A stretch of DNA of 63,323 nucleotides, filler included, from an uncultured Acidimicrobiia bacterium (GTDB taxonomy: Bacteria; Actinomycetota; Acidimicrobiia; Spongiisociales; JAOTWH01), in NCBI GenBank assembly GCA_964347285.1. It is 3 parts of 3 records of this genome, joined end to end, with 100 filler letters (N's around TTAATTAATTAA, not from the genome) between each part and the next. Parts side by side here need not be neighbours in the genome. Positions count along the whole stretch, not along the records: positions 45,611 to 63,323 come from CAYFYE010000052.1; 2 more parts are not named here. The stretch is one strand, 5' to 3'. The position numbers and the translations under genes were made by a program. A model generated the notes under the pieces. The model had not been told where the DNA came from. It ran no database searches and saw only the letters and a program-made list of their open reading frames with translations. Position 1 is the first letter of the stretch. Each line of letters starts with the position of its first letter. Shown here piece by piece: positions 59,222 to 63,323 of the stretch.

Positions 59222-60403
59222 ATGCCATTCCGCAAGCTGATATTCGCAGTGCTCGCGTTCGCCCTGGTGGCCGCCGCCTGCGGCGATACGGCAGAAACGA
59301 CCCAGGCCCCGGCGACGGAGGCCCCGGCGGCGGAGGCCCCGGCGGCGGAGGCCCCGGCGACGGCGGCCCCGGCGACGGCCGCGGGGGCCACGACGGCTCC
59401 GGAGGAAGAGCCCGGTGTTCCCGACGACTGGCCCGACACGATCGTGGTCGGATTCATCCCGAGTGAGCGGGCCGAGACCCTGCAGGACGACATCCAGCCG
59501 ATCATGGAGGCGCTCTCCGAGCGACTCGGCATCGAGGTCGAGGGCATCGTGACCGTCGACTACAACGGCTTGGTGGTCGCGCTCGGTACCGGCCGGGTCG
59601 ACTTCGGCGCCTTCGGGCCGTTCGGCTACGTGCAGGCGCAGGACCAGTATCCCGACATCGAGGTGCTGATCCAGTCGATCCGCTTCGGCTCGCCGACTTA
59701 TCACGGCCAGTGGTTCGCCACCCCCGAAGCGGTGTCTCAGATCTGCGCCGAAGAACCGGCCCGGGGCGCGCTCGAGAACGTCGGCGGTGAGCCGACACTC
59801 GTCGATGCCTTCGACGCCGTCGCCCTCCAGGTGGGCGTCGACTTCGACGACGAGGGCAACAAGATCGACGAGGTCCTCGAGGACGGGACCCCGGTCGACG
59901 GCGGCCTGGCCTGCCTGGGGGACCTGAATGCCATCCAGGGTCTCAGGGTCGCCTTCGGCAGCGCCACATCGACGTCGGCATCGGTCTACCCCCGGCTGCA
60001 GCTGCTCAATCTGGGCTTCGACATCGAGTCCGCCATCGAGTACGAGTATCTCGGCTCGCACGACGACGCGGTTGCCGCCGTCTACAGCGGTGACTTCGAC
60101 GTCGGCGTTTCGTTCGACGATGCCCGGCGCCTCCTGCGCGAGGAGAACCCCGACGTGGGATCGAAGGTGATCGTCTTCAACATCACCGGAGAGATCCCCA
60201 ACGACGTCGTGGCTGTTCGTGGCGAGCTCCCCGATTCCCTCAAGCAGGCCTTCTACGACGCCGTGGAGGACTATCTGGCCACCGACGAGGGTCAGGAGGC
60301 GTTCGATACGGTGTACGAGTGGACCGCAATTCGCCCCGCCGTGGACTCCGATTTCGACATCGTGCGTGAAGCCGCCGAGAAGCTCGGCGTCGCTGGAGAC
60401 TGA
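59222..60403 (+). CDS. phnD: Phosphate/phosphite/phosphonate ABC substrate-binding lipoprotein
   Basis: Lipobox VAAAC; GFIPSE, STSASVYP, GSHD and IPND motifs. Confidence 0.88.
   Translation: MPFRKLIFAVLAFALVAAACGDTAETTQAPATEAPAAEAPAAEAPATAAPATAAGATTAPEEEPGVPDDWPDTIVVGFIPSERAETLQDDIQPIMEALSERLGIEVEGIVTVDYNGLVVALGTGRVDFGAFGPFGYVQAQDQYPDIEVLIQSIRFGSPTYHGQWFATPEAVSQICAEEPARGALENVGGEPTLVDAFDAVALQVGVDFDDEGNKIDEVLEDGTPVDGGLACLGDLNAIQGLRVAFGSATSTSASVYPRLQLLNLGFDIESAIEYEYLGSHDDAVAAVYSGDFDVGVSFDDARRLLREENPDVGSKVIVFNITGEIPNDVVAVRGELPDSLKQAFYDAVEDYLATDEGQEAFDTVYEWTAIRPAVDSDFDIVREAAEKLGVAGD
59306..59380 (+). repeat. Five 15-bp tandem repeats encoding APA(T/A)(E/A) linker units
   Basis: GCCCCGGCG[A/G]CGG[AG/CG/CC] x5. 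Confidence 0.9.
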
Positions 60404-60420
60404 TCACGAGTCGTAGTTGA

Positions 60421-60445
60421 CGGACCGCCCTCCGGGGGCGGTCCG
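60421..60445 (+). terminator. Hairpin between phnD and phnC
   Basis: CGGACCGCCC-TCCGG-GGGCGGTCCG, followed by -10 TATCCT 7 nt before the phnC GTG. Confidence 0.55.
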
Positions 60446-60462
60446 GCTCTATCCTCTGCCCG

Positions 60463-61236
60463 GTGATCGAAATCAAGGGCCTCTCGGTCGTCTACCACGG
60501 GGGTTTGCGCGCCCTCAACAACGTCGACCTGTCTGTCGGGGAAGGCGAGTTCGTGGTCATCGTCGGGCTGTCGGGGGCGGGAAAATCGACGCTGCTGCGG
60601 GCCGTCAACGGCCTGGTACCGATCACCGAGGGCTCCGTCCGTGTCCACGGTCGCGAAGTCAAGGGAGCCTCGGCGGCCGAGCTTCGTGATATTCGATCCG
60701 GGATCGGTCTCATCTTCCAAACGTTCAATCTGGTCAACCGATCTACGGTCATCAACAACGTGCTGATGGGTCGTCTCTCCAAGGTGCCTCGGTGGCAGTC
60801 GACGTTCGGTCTGTGGCCTCATGCGGACATGGAGATAGCCCTCCAGTCGCTGGAGAGAGTCGGCATCGTGGAGAAGGCGTACGTCCGGGCATCCAACCTG
60901 TCCGGTGGACAGCAACAGCGGGTGGGAATCGCCCGGGCCCTGGCCCAGGAGCCCGACGTCATCCTCGCCGACGAGCCGGTGGCATCGCTCGATCCGGTGA
61001 CCTCTCACATGGTCATGCGAGACCTGCAGCGCATCAACCGGGAGCTGAGCATCACCACCCTCATCAACCTTCATTACCTCGACCTGGCCCGCGCCTACGG
61101 CAAACGGCTGATCGGGCTCCAGGGCGGCGAGCTGGTGTTCGACGGAGACATCTCCGATGTCGACGACACGGTGTTCCGCGGCATCTACGGCCGGGCGATA
61201 ACGCCCGACGATCTCCTCGAGAGCGCCTCGGTGTGA
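60463..61236 (+). CDS. phnC: Phosphonate ABC ATP-binding protein
   Basis: GLSGAGKST, LSGGQQQRV, ILADEPVASLDP and NLH motifs. Confidence 0.95.
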   Translation: MIEIKGLSVVYHGGLRALNNVDLSVGEGEFVVIVGLSGAGKSTLLRAVNGLVPITEGSVRVHGREVKGASAAELRDIRSGIGLIFQTFNLVNRSTVINNVLMGRLSKVPRWQSTFGLWPHADMEIALQSLERVGIVEKAYVRASNLSGGQQQRVGIARALAQEPDVILADEPVASLDPVTSHMVMRDLQRINRELSITTLINLHYLDLARAYGKRLIGLQGGELVFDGDISDVDDTVFRGIYGRAITPDDLLESASV

Positions 61237-62597
61237 CCGGGGAGGCCCCGGCCCCGGCTCAGCTGCGGCCTCCTGCCCCACCCCGCTCCGGTCCGTACAT
61301 CGTGCCCCTCCTGAGCATGGCCGTGGCGGCCGCCGTGGTCAGCGGCCTCGCCGGGAACATCACGCTGGCCTGGGGGGCGCTCCTCGGAGCGGTGCTTGCA
61401 GGCGGGTTGGCGCTGGTGCGTCTTCTGCGCGGCTGGATCGAAGCCGGGATCATCGTGGTCACGGGCGCCGCCGGCCTGGCCTTCGTCGCCTCGGTGCTGG
61501 ACGACCGCAGCGGTCCGATCAGCTTCACCGAGAGCGCCCAGGCTTCGATCGGCTGGTTGATCCTCGGGGTCGGCTTCGCGTTCGCCCTGTGGCGAGCCGA
61601 TGCCGGCCTCGGTCTCCCGGCCGCGGCCGTCACCGCGGTCGCCTGGGCCGTAGGCGGCCTCGTTGCCTTGCAATGGGCCGCTCCCAGCGGCTACCTCGAA
61701 GAGCTGCGATCTTCGCAATACGAGGCCGGGGAGGTCCAGGAGCTCGCCGCGTCGTTCTATGCCTGGAGTGCCGGCATCACCACCCTCCTGGGAGCCGGTG
61801 CCGGGCTAGCGCTCCATGTGGGCAGGGCTGCACTCATCGCCCTCAGCGGCTCGACCGTGTTCACGATCTTCGCCGCCAACAAGATCGCTTTCTCCTTCCG
61901 CAATCTGATCAGCGAAGCGGGCCGCTTCGGCGAATTGGCCCAGGAGTTCTGGCCGCCCCGGTGGACCTGGGCGAACCTCGCCGGTCAGCCGGCCGAATTG
62001 CAGATTCTCGAGCCCATGATCGAGACCCTGCAGATCGCCATCGTCGGCGCCACGGTGGGTTGCCTCATCGCCCTGCCGATCGCCTTCTTGGCCTCCCGGC
62101 CCACGACGTACAACGGTCCGGTGTTCTGGGCGTCCCGAACCATCATGAACGTGCTGCGGACGATCCCCGATCTCTTCTGGGCCATCATCTTCGCCACTGC
62201 CGTCGGCTTCGGCACACCGTTTGCCGGTGCGTTGGCCATGGTGATGTTCTCACTGGCGATCATGGCCAAGCTGTTCTCCGAGACCGTCGACACCATCGAC
62301 CTCGGGCCCCTCGAGGCGGGGCGGGCGTCGGGCGGACGGCACTTCCAGACCGTGCAGTACGCGGCCATGCCCCAGGTGCTGCCCAACTACGTCGCCTACG
62401 CCCTGTACATCTTCGAGTTGAACATCCGCGCCTCGGTGGTGATCGGCGTGGTCGGCGCCGGCGGCATCGGGCGTCTGCTGGACGAGCAGCGCAACTTCTT
62501 CCAATGGGACCGGGTGATGGCGATCGTCATCGTGATCTTCGTCGCCGTCCTTCTCATCGAAGTGGTGAGCGTCACGCTGCGCCGGAGGCTGGTGTGA
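61233..62597 (+). CDS. phnE: Phosphonate ABC permease with long N-terminal membrane extension
   Basis: LRTIPDL, AKLFSE and FELNIRASVVIGVVGAGGIG motifs in the C-terminal half. Confidence 0.9.
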   Translation: MTGEAPAPAQLRPPAPPRSGPYIVPLLSMAVAAAVVSGLAGNITLAWGALLGAVLAGGLALVRLLRGWIEAGIIVVTGAAGLAFVASVLDDRSGPISFTESAQASIGWLILGVGFAFALWRADAGLGLPAAAVTAVAWAVGGLVALQWAAPSGYLEELRSSQYEAGEVQELAASFYAWSAGITTLLGAGAGLALHVGRAALIALSGSTVFTIFAANKIAFSFRNLISEAGRFGELAQEFWPPRWTWANLAGQPAELQILEPMIETLQIAIVGATVGCLIALPIAFLASRPTTYNGPVFWASRTIMNVLRTIPDLFWAIIFATAVGFGTPFAGALAMVMFSLAIMAKLFSETVDTIDLGPLEAGRASGGRHFQTVQYAAMPQVLPNYVAYALYIFELNIRASVVIGVVGAGGIGRLLDEQRNFFQWDRVMAIVIVIFVAVLLIEVVSVTLRRRLV

Positions 62598-63323
62598 GCA
62601 CGGCCTCAACGGCGGCCCTCGAGACGCAGCGCCCCAAGCGTCCGCTCGGGCCCCGCCTCATCCGCTGGGGCATCACGCTGGCCATCGTGGGCCCGTTGAT
62701 CTGGGCCACGCTCGGGCTGGAGATCTCGCCGGGCCGGATCACTAGAGGCGTTTCCAGCGTGTGGACGATCCTGAACGAGATGATCCCGCCGGCCTGGGAG
62801 AACACCGGGAGAACGTTCGAGAAGATACTCGAGTCCCTCCACATCGCCTGGATCGGCACGATCATCGGCGCCGTGTTTTCGTTCCCTCTGGCCTTCCTGG
62901 CCGCCACCAACATGGCGCCCCGCTGGGTCAACGCTCCGGTACGGGCCCTGCTGAGCGGCATTCGGGCCTTTCCGGAACTGGTGCTGGCGATCATCCTCAT
63001 CCCCGCCTTCGGGTTGGGACCGTTCACCGGCACCCTGGCCATCGGGCTCCATTCGATCGGAACGCTCGGCAAGCTGAGCTCGGAGGTGATCGAAGGCATC
63101 GACCCCGGACCCCTCGAGGCCATCCAGGCGGCCGGGGGGACCCGGCTGTCGGAGATCAGGCTCGGCGTGCTCCCACAGGCGATGCCCAACATCCTCGCCT
63201 ATTGGATCTACCGCTTCGAGATCAACATCCGCGCCTCGGCGGTGCTCGGTGTCATCGGTGCCGGTGGAGTAGGCGCCGAGCTGGTCAGCCGCCTTCGCTT
63301 CCGCGACTTCGCCGAGGCCGGAA
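62594..63323 (+). CDS. phnE: Second phosphonate ABC permease, runs off window
   Basis: IRAFPELV, HSIGTLGKL and RFEINIRASAVLGVIGAGG motifs; absent from the ORF track (no stop in window). Confidence 0.92.
   Translation, partial: MSTASTAALETQRPKRPLGPRLIRWGITLAIVGPLIWATLGLEISPGRITRGVSSVWTILNEMIPPAWENTGRTFEKILESLHIAWIGTIIGAVFSFPLAFLAATNMAPRWVNAPVRALLSGIRAFPELVLAIILIPAFGLGPFTGTLAIGLHSIGTLGKLSSEVIEGIDPGPLEAIQAAGGTRLSEIRLGVLPQAMPNILAYWIYRFEINIRASAVLGVIGAGGVGAELVSRLRFRDFAEAG

Noticed and set aside
59306..59380. 15-bp tandem repeats as a possible CRISPR array or contingency locus
   Set aside because: No spacers, in-frame, and they encode an Ala/Pro linker after the lipobox.

Overview
High-GC window made of three separate contigs (1-22712, 22813-45510, 45611-63323) joined by artificial 100-nt N/TTAATTAATTAA linkers. 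Gene content (bS22, PAC2, F420-dependent PPOX, actinobacterial dif, CelR and CsoR boxes, many leaderless genes, Thr-rich lipoproteins) points to an actinobacterium, probably Acidimicrobiia (inference). Most of it is housekeeping or metabolic: psuK-psuG, pncB/pncA, ggt, the 3' end of an rRNA operon, tRNA-Gly, thrB, csoR-copZ-copA, lnt, glgC, clpB, mscL, dnaX-ybaB-recR, phnDCEE. I saw no mobile element or CRISPR array. The best candidate for an undescribed system is a 1270-aa wHTH-BTAD-STAND-TPR-DUF1670-like regulator followed by an uncalled 30-aa ORF that is a signal peptide plus the hexapeptide DVYFLR, then a LacI gene; this layout resembles RRNPP peptide signalling. Other features missing from the ORF track are a chromosomal dif site about 18.4 kb from an rRNA operon, a DnaA-box cluster followed by a promoter and structured sRNA facing a Clp1-like kinase, a CxxU selenoprotein with a SECIS hairpin, two probable non-AUG starts, a 29-aa membrane micro-protein and several broken genes. 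All family assignments come from motif recognition by eye, not database searches.
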